A stretch of DNA of 64,000 nt from assembly GCA_965207065.1 (NCBI GenBank), contig OZ242260.1:1152001-1216000 (forward strand), written 5' to 3'. Both the position numbers and the translations under genes were made by a program. This DNA is from a bacterium (lineage in GTDB: Bacteria > UBA8248). Under the pieces are notes generated by a model. It had not been told where the DNA came from and made no database searches. It saw nothing but the letters and a program-made list of their open reading frames with translations. Positions 10,044-21,600 of this stretch are shown in pieces. The first letter of the stretch is position 1. Each line of letters opens with the position of its first letter.

Positions 10044-11105
10044 TCAGGACAACTTGGCAGCCAGGAGTTCTCCCAAGCTCCTTTCTTGGAGAAGGAATCG
10101 AAGGCACTCGGGAATACGCTTGCCCTTGTTTGTATACAATTTGACGCGAGAGTTGCGTTCAGCCCCCAGTACAGCATTACCGAACACAATAACGCCGCTG
10201 ACTCGTATTAGGGGCTCTGAAAACGCTTCCTGTTCGACAGTTGGATCGGAACGAACGAAAATTGCTTCCCTTTCGTCACCCCACCAGAATTCCGAATGAC
10301 AAACGTTGACAGCAATGAGAAAAATCTCTTTTTCAAGCTTCTTCTTCCCCCAATCTTCCGCCTTTTTTTCCAAAGCTTTGGCCAATGGTGGAGATCCGTC
10401 CACTACGCCAACCCTGCCTGGGCCACGAATTTGGCCCCGGCCATCCGAAGCTATAGGAGGAGCGAGGTATCCCTCCAACACCCAGTCCCCTTCCTTGATT
10501 GCGGTTGACAGACGGTTCTGCGCGATTGCCCACCCCCATTCTGAATACAGTCTCCGTACGTCGTCTGCCGTATATGTTTTCAATAACTCCTCGAAAGGTT
10601 CGACGACGCGCTTTTTCCCCAAGGTCCTATTAAGCTCTCCTGTTGCGGACAGCCATACATCGGAATGCGGGTCCTTGAGCTGTTCGGTAATCTTGCGAAC
10701 AACATTCTGTTCATTGGTATTGGAACTTAGAATGCCCCTCCCCACGCCACAAACCGTTGCTTCAACGTAGAAGTTTTCCTGATGATTGATAACATGAAAG
10801 TCGACCGTTCCACTTGTCTTCGGGAAACTCGGCTCGACTTCAACGGTGCAATCGAGGCTTTTTAAGATTGCAAAAACCTGCAACTCGAAGTAAGCGCTCA
10901 TAAACTCTCCGAAGTCTTCGGATTGGAGCCGATGCTTCAATTTTTTCTTTTGCTCGAGTGGAAATTGCTGAAACCATTCTTCTACCCATTGGCGGATTTG
11001 AACCGCTTCACTTCGCCCCCCGCGTTGCAGAAATTCGAATGTTGTTTCGCCTTCTGTAATCGGTCCCTCTTGTTGTGGAACCGCCTGAAAAAGCAAGTCA
11101 TTCAT
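10044..11105 (-). CDS. Hypothetical protein, probable PD-(D/E)xK nuclease-like fold
   Basis: AYFEL..VEVEP..TVDFHV..FYVEAT pattern; long intact ORF. Confidence 0.5.
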   Translation of the reverse strand: MNDLLFQAVPQQEGPITEGETTFEFLQRGGRSEAVQIRQWVEEWFQQFPLEQKKKLKHRLQSEDFGEFMSAYFELQVFAILKSLDCTVEVEPSFPKTSGTVDFHVINHQENFYVEATVCGVGRGILSSNTNEQNVVRKITEQLKDPHSDVWLSATGELNRTLGKKRVVEPFEELLKTYTADDVRRLYSEWGWAIAQNRLSTAIKEGDWVLEGYLAPPIASDGRGQIRGPGRVGVVDGSPPLAKALEKKAEDWGKKKLEKEIFLIAVNVCHSEFWWGDEREAIFVRSDPTVEQEAFSEPLIRVSGVIVFGNAVLGAERNSRVKLYTNKGKRIPECLRFLLQERSLGELLAAKLS

Positions 11106-11358
11106 TGTTTCCGTTTCCTTTTGTCTCTCATGTTCATTTCCAGCGGCGTACGAAATTTCACATAGAGCGTGAAGAGACGCTCTACACGCTATGGCATAAC
11201 AGTCTTTGGCACATCATGACCAGCCATGTCGGCATGTCTAGCGAGAACCTGTCACTCTTGGGCAAGCTGTTCAGACACTGGCGGCACCGGCCAACTCGGG
11301 GAGTACGCCTATCTCGCCAACGGGCATCTGATCGAGGTGGCGGAAAAGGGAGAAAACA

Positions 11359-12150
11359 CTATTGCTGCGGCGATGATAACTCAACCGTAGTGGTGAGGAT
11401 CTGAAAAATATAGTCTGCCATAATGATCATATTGATGCTGTGCTTATATGTCGAGTACGGCAATAACCCATGAATCGACGCGTGACGGTTGGGCACGTAA
11501 TTCTGCTGATATTTTTGTCTGTTATCATCGTCAATTTGTTCATATATGTGATCAACTAGTCGTGAAAATAATATCAAACCATATGCTTCTCTTGGCAAAA
11601 AGTTTTCGAGTTCTCCTTGATTCGTTAGTTTCTCCAACATTTTTTTCGAGGGAATGGAACCGGCACTGTCTTCAAAAAAGCGAATGCGAAATTCTCTTTC
11701 AATTGCTGGAAATAACACACTACACACGCATCTATAGTAGCCGATTTCATGGGCGGAAAGAGCTTCACGAAATGTCTCTTTGGTTTCTTCTGAAATATGA
11801 TATTTACTCAACCTAGATTCAATATCTTGACGAATGTTATTCCAGGTAATCTTGTAGAAACTCGAAATGTGATTTTCAAGCAAAGCGGCATCCTCAGCGC
11901 ACTGCTCAACGTAATCAATAGATAGCGTGTGATAGGGCAACCACCCTGTTGTACTAACTGAATCGATGAATTTGTGATACCTCACAAATCCCTTGATGCG
12001 CGGAGCTATCGCCTTGACGTACGGCGCTATGGCTTGAGAGATTCGAGCCATAGTTTGAATGAATGGCTGAAGAGAACCCATCTGTTGTTGCAGATGTTGT
12101 AGGGCTGCACCTAGGTTCTGCGCGATTGGAGAAGATCGGTTATCTGTCAT
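11359..12150 (-). CDS. Hypothetical HEPN-like protein
   Basis: EALSAHEIGYY..PAIE and PNRHASIHG (RxxxxH). Confidence 0.55.
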   Translation of the reverse strand: MTDNRSSPIAQNLGAALQHLQQQMGSLQPFIQTMARISQAIAPYVKAIAPRIKGFVRYHKFIDSVSTTGWLPYHTLSIDYVEQCAEDAALLENHISSFYKITWNNIRQDIESRLSKYHISEETKETFREALSAHEIGYYRCVCSVLFPAIEREFRIRFFEDSAGSIPSKKMLEKLTNQGELENFLPREAYGLILFSRLVDHIYEQIDDDNRQKYQQNYVPNRHASIHGLLPYSTYKHSINMIIMADYIFQILTTTVELSSPQQ

Positions 12151-12606
12151 CTAAAATGTTTCCACCTTGTCTATGTACGTAGACCACGATCAGTCTTGCT
12201 GCGTAGTTGAAGTTTTGCGTGAGTGCATGGCGTAGAAAACCACGCTCTTTGTAGGATAGCTATTTCTTAAGCACTTGGTAACCTTCGAACCTATAGTTTC
12301 AGATGTTTGCCGGGGCGTTGCCTCAATGTCACATCCATTAAAACATACATCGAAAGTGGTTCCGCGAAGTTAAGAAAATTCACCTCACATGGCCGCTCGT
12401 TGCTCGAATATGAGAACTTACTTGACGACAAGGAAGGATGGAAACCATTTCGCTAGTTAAGTCGCACAATGCGTCCCCATCAGTTCGCGTCAGTATCGGT
12501 GTTCAGGGACAGGATTTCGAATACTGCGCCCTCACACGGCTTGGATTGCACAGAGATGATTCCATTCTATCCGCGATCCGCAATGGCAAGCATTTTTCTG
12601 TAATTG

Positions 12607-13401
12607 TTATGGCAACGGCAGCCTTTCAAGGTAACCGTTCTCGATCAAAGACATGAAATGCTCTTCGATCCGGCGAGCGATGATATGCGAGTCTACTAAA
12701 AGACCGAGTTCGATGTTTCGTTCCTGCGCCGCTTCCGTGAAGTTCGCAGAGGTCACGAGAACTTCTTGACCGTCGACAACTACACACTTCGCATGCATTG
12801 AACTGACCGTCCGCCCTGTGGGTTGAAGGGACCGGGGATCGTAGTAGACGCGGGGCAAACGATTGCCAGGCCACTCGTCACGCACGAACTCATTCGCAAA
12901 ACGTCGGACGATCTCTGTGTCACGAGAGGTATTACCGTGTTGGCGCCGGACATCGATGCAAAGGGTTGCTTCGAAAGTGTCGTCGTTATCGATACGGTCG
13001 GCCAGTTCCTTGAACACGGACTTGCCCTGATAGACCGCGAAACCACTGGCCAGAACCCGCCTGCGGGCCTTGCCGAACAATTGCCGCATGACGACTCCTG
13101 TATCGCGGGAGCCGCCTGCCGCATCGGGTCCGCTGACGACGACCTCAACAGGCATCGCCGCATCAGCGGCGGTTTTCGCGCCAACGGCAAAGGCGCGAAG
13201 CAGGAGCGCAATATGGGTGGGCTGCATATCTTGCCGGATGAGTTCTCCGAGGCATTCCGCCACTGGTGTAGCGTGTACGTCTGCGATGTGGTCGCGCAGG
13301 GTCAATGCACTTAGAGGCGGTAGCAATAGTTTGGCTTCCAAGAGATCCGCCAGGCGGATGAGATCGTTCCGATCCAGAGCATCCAGAGCATTGAATTCCA
13401 T
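12607..13401 (-). CDS. drmC: DISARM phospholipase D-family nuclease
   Basis: HAKCVVVD (HKD) and TSANFT..NIELG; last gene of the DISARM operon. Confidence 0.9.
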   Translation of the reverse strand: MEFNALDALDRNDLIRLADLLEAKLLLPPLSALTLRDHIADVHATPVAECLGELIRQDMQPTHIALLLRAFAVGAKTAADAAMPVEVVVSGPDAAGGSRDTGVVMRQLFGKARRRVLASGFAVYQGKSVFKELADRIDNDDTFEATLCIDVRRQHGNTSRDTEIVRRFANEFVRDEWPGNRLPRVYYDPRSLQPTGRTVSSMHAKCVVVDGQEVLVTSANFTEAAQERNIELGLLVDSHIIARRIEEHFMSLIENGYLERLPLP

Positions 13402-15209
13402 TACAATTCGTGCTCGGATAGTTCGAAGAAAGCAGCGTCGCTGTCACCGACCGTCGGAACGACGAGCGCTCTGTCGAGGAAATCGTTGCGCTGCTCACAA
13501 CTTGTTTCGGCGATCAGCAAGCAACCGTGACACGCGGCGCCTTGCAACATGCGGCCCTCAAGACTGGAGTCAGGCGCATGTTCCGCGCACACCGGGTCGT
13601 TGGAGCACAACCGTCCATGTTCGAGCGCGCGGTGGAGGTGGTTTGGGAGATGGTGCCCCGTCTCGACCAACCCGCCTAGCGTCCCTTCGGAATCTGATGA
13701 TCCCGTATAGACCAGTATGCCGTAACCTTCTTCTCCAGAATAAACGCGTTCGCGCAGGGAACTGGCTGGGTAGCCGCAGTCGAGCGCGATGGACGTCATC
13801 AGCATATGCGAAAGCGAGTGAAGCATCATATATGGCAGACCGGGGAATCCGTCCTCTGGACGATTACGCTCCTCGGCCCATGTCTGCCAGCCTTTCAATA
13901 TGAGTTGTCCGCGTGCCTGCACTCCGGGGCGCGCCAGCCACCTCTCCACTTCCTCGGGACTGAACGACAGGAACACTCCCTCTCCACGGTTCTCTACTGC
14001 GGGAAGCCAGGTGATCGTTTCAGCGAGCGAAGCCCTTGTAACATCGAGATCGAGTTCGCCGTCCTTGTCCGGGTTGACTGACTCGAACCGCGTAAACCCC
14101 AGCAGCGAGACGACCTCTCGCAGGCGATGCACAAGAACGATCTTGTCAACAACGGCAAGGAGGGGGTTCCTAGCGGGATCCCAGGCCTCGCGAGACAGCG
14201 TTTCAGCGTAGAATTTGGAGCGCGCGTTATCCTCGCCGATTAAATTGTCTCCCTTGTTGAGAATCTCGAATTCGGCAGTCTTGACCGGGACATCTTCTTG
14301 CTCTTCTCCACCCTGTTGACGACGGAATTCGGCGAGCACAGTTTCGTCAGCGATGTCGGCGAAGGCGGCGTCGAGCTCCGGACTCATCCTGAAGTTTAAG
14401 AGTGCACCCACATCGTCGAGCGTCTTTAAGCGGTCGTGATGTGTGGAGACCTTCGAAGCCAGCCCGGCGTCATATTCCGGTAGTGAGATGACGTTCATCG
14501 TCTGCGGGAAGTAAGCGTTGCTCGCCGTGCGTACGAGCAACCGATAAGGTTCGCCGCAAGCTTCCTGCGCGAATTGTCCAATCCACGGCCTCTTGCCCTC
14601 ACAGCGACCGAGAGCTTCGGCGCCCGGGCTCGACGCTTCGTAGAGTGAGCGTTCCTCGCCGCAGTCGCACACCCCGAAGGTATCGCCGATGTCGGAGCCG
14701 GTTCCACGTTCCTCGAGCCAGAGCGGTAGTTCACACGTCTTGCCACTCTGATGCACGAACCGGCGCCAGTCCAGATCGTCGATATGACCGCGCCGGCAGC
14801 CGCAGACAAAACGCACTGGTACAACCGGCTTGCGTTGACCGTCTTCGTCGCGAAACTGTCGTCTGTCGAGGTGTTCCCACCGCACTAACCTGCGCCGCCG
14901 CCACTGCGGATCGCGGGGCGAGGGCCTGGCGTCCTTGACGATGAACCAGGTCGGGAAGATGCGTGCGCCGACAGGTGCGGTTTGCTGGGCATTCTCTTCG
15001 TGACGCGGCGGCGTCCTGAGGTCGAGCGAAGGTACGTCCAACAAACGTCTTAGTTTCGCGACGAGGCGCGGTTCGTCGACCTTCTCGCTCCTAAGTCGGG
15101 GCCAATCTTGCAGACCGGAGACGATAACCGAGTAATCGGGAAGATCGATCATGGCTCCCGGGCCATAGGTCGTAATCAACTGGCTCTGGCGAATAATATT
15201 GTCGGCCAT
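13401..15209 (-). CDS. drmB: DISARM DUF1998 protein
   Basis: RQSQLITTYGPGAMIDLP N-terminus; HSLSH, GTLGGL, CSNDPVC and ACHGCLLIAETSCE DUF1998 motifs. Confidence 0.92.
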   Translation of the reverse strand: MADNIIRQSQLITTYGPGAMIDLPDYSVIVSGLQDWPRLRSEKVDEPRLVAKLRRLLDVPSLDLRTPPRHEENAQQTAPVGARIFPTWFIVKDARPSPRDPQWRRRRLVRWEHLDRRQFRDEDGQRKPVVPVRFVCGCRRGHIDDLDWRRFVHQSGKTCELPLWLEERGTGSDIGDTFGVCDCGEERSLYEASSPGAEALGRCEGKRPWIGQFAQEACGEPYRLLVRTASNAYFPQTMNVISLPEYDAGLASKVSTHHDRLKTLDDVGALLNFRMSPELDAAFADIADETVLAEFRRQQGGEEQEDVPVKTAEFEILNKGDNLIGEDNARSKFYAETLSREAWDPARNPLLAVVDKIVLVHRLREVVSLLGFTRFESVNPDKDGELDLDVTRASLAETITWLPAVENRGEGVFLSFSPEEVERWLARPGVQARGQLILKGWQTWAEERNRPEDGFPGLPYMMLHSLSHMLMTSIALDCGYPASSLRERVYSGEEGYGILVYTGSSDSEGTLGGLVETGHHLPNHLHRALEHGRLCSNDPVCAEHAPDSSLEGRMLQGAACHGCLLIAETSCEQRNDFLDRALVVPTVGDSDAAFFELSEHEL

Positions 15210-15215
15210 GGGTTC

Positions 15216-18200
15216 CTACTCTATGTCCTGTCCTTCGGGGGTCATGATACCAAGCAGTACACCCGGTTCTACGTCGCGCAGCGATCGTGGTGCACGGAAC
15301 CGAAGCTGGGTATCGTTCAGAACATCTCGGGCTGGATCGATCATCTCGCGCAGCAAGGGAGTGGATGTGCCGCTGTCTCGGCCGTGTGCGTAGCCAAACG
15401 CCACTCCGTCCTGTCTGGCCTCGTGGGCGAGTCTCGCCCAATCATCGAATAGGCTCTGCACGCGACTCCCGACATAAGCACCAAATTCGTCGGGAAGACC
15501 GTCGGCATGGATTCGCGCCCGGTCGCTCACCGCCAGGGCCAGGGCGGTAGTCTCCGTGCCGTGACTTTCAACGTTCTGAGCTGTCTGCATTGGTGTCAAT
15601 TCCGGGATTCCTAGCCTTGCCAAAGCAACCGCGACTGCCGGAAGGCCCCGGTCCATAGCACGCGGAGAAAACGGTGTAACGCTGGTCGCCTCTACGCCGC
15701 GATAGAAGGAGTCGTGCCAAGCGGAAAAGCGCTCATAATGCGATCTATCGCGCGGTTTGTGGACATTCAGGAGAGTCACCACAAGGCCGGGCCGGGCCGG
15801 ATCGCGGCCGACCCGGCTGGTGGCCTGGATGTACTCAGCCGTGGTCTTTGGTTGACCGGAGACGAGCATCAGACCGAGTCGCGTGATGTCCAGACCGACG
15901 GAGATCATGTTCGTGGCCAAGGCCACATCCACGCGTTCGTCATTGGCGAATTCCAGAGAAAGTCTTCGCTTGGCTTCAGCGACATTTGCAGTGCCAACGC
16001 GCGACGTCAGTTCGACCGGTTCGAAGGAGATTCGTCTGTTGGAGAACAGCCCGGCCTCATCGTCGTGACGCTTATGGCTGGCATAGGTCAGAAGTCGTGA
16101 ACCGATTTCGTCCTCAACGATGCGCCGCGCACTTCCCAGTTCGCGGAGGGCGTTGAAGTAGGTGACGACTGTCATGTATGGGTCGGCAGGGTTGGTGCCA
16201 CCACCATTCGCCACGGCTTCCCAGGCGGCCTGCGCTGCCGCCAACAGCGTGATCATGCTTCTCAGAAAGATTACCTTCGGCCCACGACCCTGTGCAGCGA
16301 TACCGAGATAGAGGCGCGGGTTTACATCCTGTTGCGCCGCTTGTTCGGCAAAAAACGAATCCTGTCTTTCGATCCCCGGCGCCGGGAAGACAGCCACCGA
16401 GGATCGACCGAATAAGGCTTGAATCTGTTTCTTGGCAAGGCGAACGGTCGCGGTTGATGCGATAATCTTTGGGCGCACTTCCTTATCGTCAATCTGGCGT
16501 CGGCACAGATGATCGACCGCCGTTTCGTATAGTCCCGCCATGGTGCCTAGCGGCCCCGAGATAAGATGCAGCTCGTCCTGAATGATGAGGTCGGGCGGTC
16601 GCGGGTCGGTCGAGTCGCCGCCCCGGAAGAAGCCCGCTGTCTCGCCGCTCCATGGCATGGCGGCGAACTTGTCGGCGGTCGCGATCATGAAAGCCGGCAG
16701 ACGCTCGTAGATCGGCTCGTCCACCGCGACGATCGGCAAATGACGCTTAACCGCGAAATCACAACGCCGGCTCACACAGCGCACCAGTAGATTTTTCGGG
16801 TTGTCGGTGTCGGGAGACAGCCGGAAAGAATGCTTGCCAAATTTCGTGCCGCACCAGGGACATCGGTCCAGCGGCAGTGGCGGATCAAGTGAGGTATTGC
16901 CTGCAAAGCGCAGGGTCTTGGTGCGTGCCGTAGCGTTGGATGAATCGCCCTTCCGACCCATGTAGTTAGGTGTCGCGGCGCGTCCTACCCAGAGCGCAAT
17001 CTCGAACGGCCACGTTCCGAGACGTGCAGGCGCTGCCTCCCGTTCGAGTTCGAGAGCGCAGATCAGCGCCGCCGCGCGCCCAAGCTGGTCGAGTGTCAGG
17101 AGCCGGAGCGTGTAGCGCATGAGCACCGATAAGCCGCGATGTACAGGGTCTGGATCGCGCAGCCGGCGAAGTACGAGCGTAAACGCCGCCAGCCCGAGAT
17201 AGGCTTCGGTTTTGCCGCCACCTGTCGGGAAGAACAGGAGGTCGACGATCTCGCGCTCTACATGAGTCGGCTCGGCGATGCTCCGGAGGTTCATCAGAAT
17301 GTAGGCGAGTTGGAAGGGACGCCACTCAGGCGGATCCACCGCCGTGGGCGCGCACTGTTTTTCCTGTGCCCTTCTCCGCCTCGCCGCCGCGGCCATGGCC
17401 CGGTTGGCGATGCAAAATGCTTCCAATAGGTCAGGATTTTCGAGGAGATCGATTCCGGCCTGTATGCGATCCGCTGTAAGGGCAGCTCTATTCACCAACT
17501 CGTCAGCGACTTCCCTGCGCCTGCCTGTAAAGGCTTGCGCACTCTCGCGCTGGCCTTCGATCCAGACACGATATGCGCGGACTAGCGGATTCAATGAACG
17601 TTTCGCGGCCGCTCCGTCGTCTAGAGCGCCCAACGCCTCCATGCCGAACTCGACATCGGAGATCCGCGACGGTTCGACATGCTCGACGGCGGCTCGGGGC
17701 ATCCATTCGGTATGCACCCGGCGGCATTCGCCATCGACAGTTTCTGCACGGGTGGACACATTGTGGCCGACGGCATATTCAGCTACGTCCCGATAATGCA
17801 GATCGGCGAGGCGTTCGTCCCAATCTTCGCTGTCGAGACCGCGCGGATCATATCTCGGGACGAACGGCTGATCCGCAGAAACGCTCATTTCGACCTGGAA
17901 GGCGAAAGCCGTGTCTTGCAAATCATCGTCCTCCGCCGCAGGCCGCCGATTGACGACGAACACGGAGACGGCCCGAGCGTTCATATTACCTTCGGCACTC
18001 GGGACTCGGGTCTCCCGTACCAGACAGACTACCTCGAGGCCGCCACTCGCTGGCACGTTGAATGGAACCGGTGTTCCGAGGCTTATTGATGCAAGATCGA
18101 TACTCACACTCTCTACGCGCGGCCGACGAACCCAAGGCGCAAAACGTCGGCGAGCCGGGCTATCGGTCGCGTCGTCTCCGGGTTCGTCGTCCTGGTTCGC

Positions 18201-18605
18201 AACATTACCCATCGCCTCTTTTTCAGGTGCGTAATCGCCCCAAGACAACTCGATGTCGAGGCGCATGGTGGACGCCTCCACCAGAACGCTAAGACCCATG
18301 GAGGAAGGTAGAAAGAAGCGCTTGCCGCTGCTGCGCTCCGGCGCACTAGCGTCATCACTACCTTGATTTGGTTCGGTGGGTTCGTCGAGTTCTTCTTCGG
18401 CGTCCTGCGCCCGCTGCGTTTCCGGCGCGCCCGTCGGTGCCAGAAACCCGGTTAAATACCAGCGTGAGGGCGCATGGGGCAGGCGTTCGCTTTGTAGTCC
18501 ATCGTCTCCGGGCCGCGGGCCGATCAGGTCGAGCCGCAACGCCTCGACGAGGTAGTCGCGGACAGAGGCGCTGTCGGAGATTGAAGATTTGGCGGTTGCT
18601 ATCAT
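15216..18605 (-). CDS. drmA: DISARM SF2 helicase
   Basis: WRPFQLAY, FPTGGGKTEAYLG, RYTLRLLTLDQ, QDELHLISGPLG, TNMISVGLDI and YIQATSRVGR. Confidence 0.92.
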   Translation of the reverse strand: MIATAKSSISDSASVRDYLVEALRLDLIGPRPGDDGLQSERLPHAPSRWYLTGFLAPTGAPETQRAQDAEEELDEPTEPNQGSDDASAPERSSGKRFFLPSSMGLSVLVEASTMRLDIELSWGDYAPEKEAMGNVANQDDEPGDDATDSPARRRFAPWVRRPRVESVSIDLASISLGTPVPFNVPASGGLEVVCLVRETRVPSAEGNMNARAVSVFVVNRRPAAEDDDLQDTAFAFQVEMSVSADQPFVPRYDPRGLDSEDWDERLADLHYRDVAEYAVGHNVSTRAETVDGECRRVHTEWMPRAAVEHVEPSRISDVEFGMEALGALDDGAAAKRSLNPLVRAYRVWIEGQRESAQAFTGRRREVADELVNRAALTADRIQAGIDLLENPDLLEAFCIANRAMAAAARRRRAQEKQCAPTAVDPPEWRPFQLAYILMNLRSIAEPTHVEREIVDLLFFPTGGGKTEAYLGLAAFTLVLRRLRDPDPVHRGLSVLMRYTLRLLTLDQLGRAAALICALELEREAAPARLGTWPFEIALWVGRAATPNYMGRKGDSSNATARTKTLRFAGNTSLDPPLPLDRCPWCGTKFGKHSFRLSPDTDNPKNLLVRCVSRRCDFAVKRHLPIVAVDEPIYERLPAFMIATADKFAAMPWSGETAGFFRGGDSTDPRPPDLIIQDELHLISGPLGTMAGLYETAVDHLCRRQIDDKEVRPKIIASTATVRLAKKQIQALFGRSSVAVFPAPGIERQDSFFAEQAAQQDVNPRLYLGIAAQGRGPKVIFLRSMITLLAAAQAAWEAVANGGGTNPADPYMTVVTYFNALRELGSARRIVEDEIGSRLLTYASHKRHDDEAGLFSNRRISFEPVELTSRVGTANVAEAKRRLSLEFANDERVDVALATNMISVGLDITRLGLMLVSGQPKTTAEYIQATSRVGRDPARPGLVVTLLNVHKPRDRSHYERFSAWHDSFYRGVEATSVTPFSPRAMDRGLPAVAVALARLGIPELTPMQTAQNVESHGTETTALALAVSDRARIHADGLPDEFGAYVGSRVQSLFDDWARLAHEARQDGVAFGYAHGRDSGTSTPLLREMIDPARDVLNDTQLRFRAPRSLRDVEPGVLLGIMTPEGQDIE

Positions 18606-21600
18606 AGTAACGCCTCTTGCGATTGTTCGGTTATAGGACGGCGTGATTTCGCCAGGCGTTCCTCCTGGGCGCGCTCCGCGTTCAGGGCCAGAAGCCGGGC
18701 GAGCACTTCATCACGCACGGAGCCTGGCCAGCGGTAGCGCCAGGGTTTCTTTTTTCTACCCCATGTTTCTTCGTCGATTTCATAGTCGAGAAGAAATTCA
18801 CAGCCGGTAAAAATATCACTCCAACCATAGGCGTCAAGCACGGTGCAGTCCATCTCTTCGTGCATTGCGCGGAGCGTGGCAATTTCCTGACTGCGCTCGT
18901 CGGGGTCGTGAAAACGATTGTAGGTCTTGGTCAGACCTTCATCGTTCCTGACCATAAGTTCAGCGCGAAACTCATAGTACTCTTTACCAGCGGCTTCGAA
19001 TGAGGAGTGCGTTTCCCAACCTTCGGGGAAGGGAAACGTTTCGAAGCAGTCGGAGGGTGTATAGCGAAGCCGGTCTTCCAAAGACGATCCGAAGAAGCGG
19101 GCCCATATCTCGTGTGTACGGGATTGAAGTGCACAGAACGCTGAATATGTCTCGAAGGGGAAAACGATCATTGATTCCGCATAAACCATATGCGCGGGTA
19201 AAAAGGCAAAAGCCGCCTGCTGACCTACCCTCGAAATCACCAACACGCGAGAAAGTTCCTCAATGGCGGCGTACAACTCGGGGCGTAGACGTTCAAACTG
19301 CCACCATGGCGCAGTTGAGTGGCTTGCACGGGTGCCTTTTACCCGCTCCTCAACGATCTTTAGCAACTCCGGCCAATCTACCGCCACTGGTTCTTGATAT
19401 TCCAATGGGACGACTTCGTAGCGTTGCCAGTTTGTTCGTGTGTCTTCATCCGCGTCCCGCCATACAGCGCTCAAATCGGCGCGGCGCAGAGGCAAATCGC
19501 GGAAGTTGATTACATAACGATGATGGGCATGGGTAGGACTGGTGTTGACCTCCTCACCGCCAATATAGGGGAAAATAACCTGGCGGTTGCGCGTGTTATC
19601 TTCAAGCAGCTGGTGCATTTCGGAGAGTGGTGTAGCGACTTCCTTACTGTCGGTATCGTCAAAAGTGAAACCCATTCCGAGTACGATACTGCCTTGGAAG
19701 CTCTTTCCGGCATTGAGCTCCAGTCGTTCGGGATCGTCGTGGCCACCGCTATGAAATAAAAATGCGGAAATAGTCTTGACATCCTGCCCATCCAGGTTAT
19801 TCGGCCCGGAATAGGCTCCCTTGGCAGCGTGGACAACGCTCACGACGACCGCAGCCTTTCCAGGCCATTTGAGCCTTCGTTGAGCGCGGAAGATATGGCC
19901 TCTGTGTTTGCAGATCCATCGCAGTCCTGTAGAGCGCGTGTCGCCCTGCCCGATAGTGTTCGTGGCGATGAGACCAAATGCGCCTTCTTTCCGCAAGAGA
20001 TTGAACGCCCTGCGGAAGAAATGCGCCACGAGGTCGGAATTGCCATGGCTTTCAGTATGAAGCTGCTTGAGCCAGTCGGGATAGGCGGGAGGGTTCGAGG
20101 CAGCGATCGTATTCTTGCCAGCAAATGGCGGGTTGCCTATGATCGCATCGAAACCCGGGTTCTCACGCTCGAAAACCTCAGGGAACTCCAACTCCCAATG
20201 AAAGGGTGAGACCGGTGGCTCTGCTGCTGCACGCGAGGCAATTGCCGTCGGACCTTCTTTGAGAAGCATATCCGCATACATCAGCCGGTTGCTCTCACGC
20301 TCCTTGGGCTTCGCTCCCTCGAAAAACGCTGTCAGCACCAAGCCGGCAAATCGGTGAATGTTTTTGAGTTCGCTCTCGGCTTCATCCAGGAACTGTCGCA
20401 GTTCATGTTCGGATGCCTCTTCGCCAAGTTCGCGAATCAGTTGACGCATTTCTGAGACACGCTCTACATGCTTACGAACCTCTATAGTCTCCGTACCGAG
20501 TTGAAAACTCGGCGCCTCGGCAGCCCAATGGAATCTTTCTATCTGGTTGCGGGTCAGGCCAACCAGGGAATCGCCGTGACGCAGGGCATGGTCAATGAAA
20601 GTGAACTCGTGATCCCGTGCGAGCGTTACCAGCCAAAGCGAAAGGCGTGCGAGATCGATGGCCATCGGATTCTTGTCGACACCATAGAGGCATCGCTGAG
20701 CGACAAGACGCCGGGCGTGAAGCAACTCGTCCTCGTCGGCCGGCAGGCCCGTCGGACCGCCGTGCATGTTCCAGGCAACGACCAGACGTGCTGAGAGTTG
20801 CCGGCAGGCCTCAACCAGAAAGGCTCCCGAACCCGTTGCCGGGTCGAGAACCTTGAGGTCGAGAACGTCCTCGGGCCGCGCGTTTACTCCCAGTCGCTCG
20901 AATACGGGCCGCAGGGCTTCCGAGACTATCGGCTCAGTCAGAGAGCGCGGCGTGTAGTGGCTGCCGGACCGTCGGCGCTCATCCGTCGGCTGAAGGATTG
21001 GCGTACCAGCGGGAACGATATCGGGCGTCGCATCACGGTCGATTGTACGGTCAAGCGCCGCCACAACATCTGCGAGAGTGGAAGCGCTGCGGAGCGTAGC
21101 GACAGCGTTTCCCGTCAGTTTCCGATCTGTTGCATCCTGGAGCGCTTTCGCACGCTTGCCGTCCTCCAGCGCTACCAATCCATCGAGGTCGATGATGGCG
21201 GCGGCCCCGGTTCTATTCGGCGAAGTCACGGCGATAGAGCGGCCTGTAGTCAACTCGACGCGGAAGCCCATGACGGCCTCGTAGACCGAACCAATCTGTT
21301 CCACATCGAGGGTTCGATAGGACAAGCGCTCGCCGTCCAGCACCATCAGAGACTGCAACACCTTCCAGACACACGCGTCCGAGACCATTGGAATGTCCGG
21401 TTCTCCGTCTGGCCCACGCCCTTCAAGGAAAGGGAACCGGCCCGGTTCGAATAGTGTGCCTTGGCGTGCGACGAACGAGAGTCCGGCGTGGCCGCCACCG
21501 CCGTGGATCAATCGGAACAATGAAAGCAGTTGCGCCCAGGCGCCGAACCGCTGGTCCATGGTATCGGGCCAGGCCGCTGCATCGGCGCGCAGACGTGCGA

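Noticed and set aside
5141-12150. Integron cassette array
   Set aside because: No repeated attC-like sites recognised between the genes, mixed orientations, and no IntI
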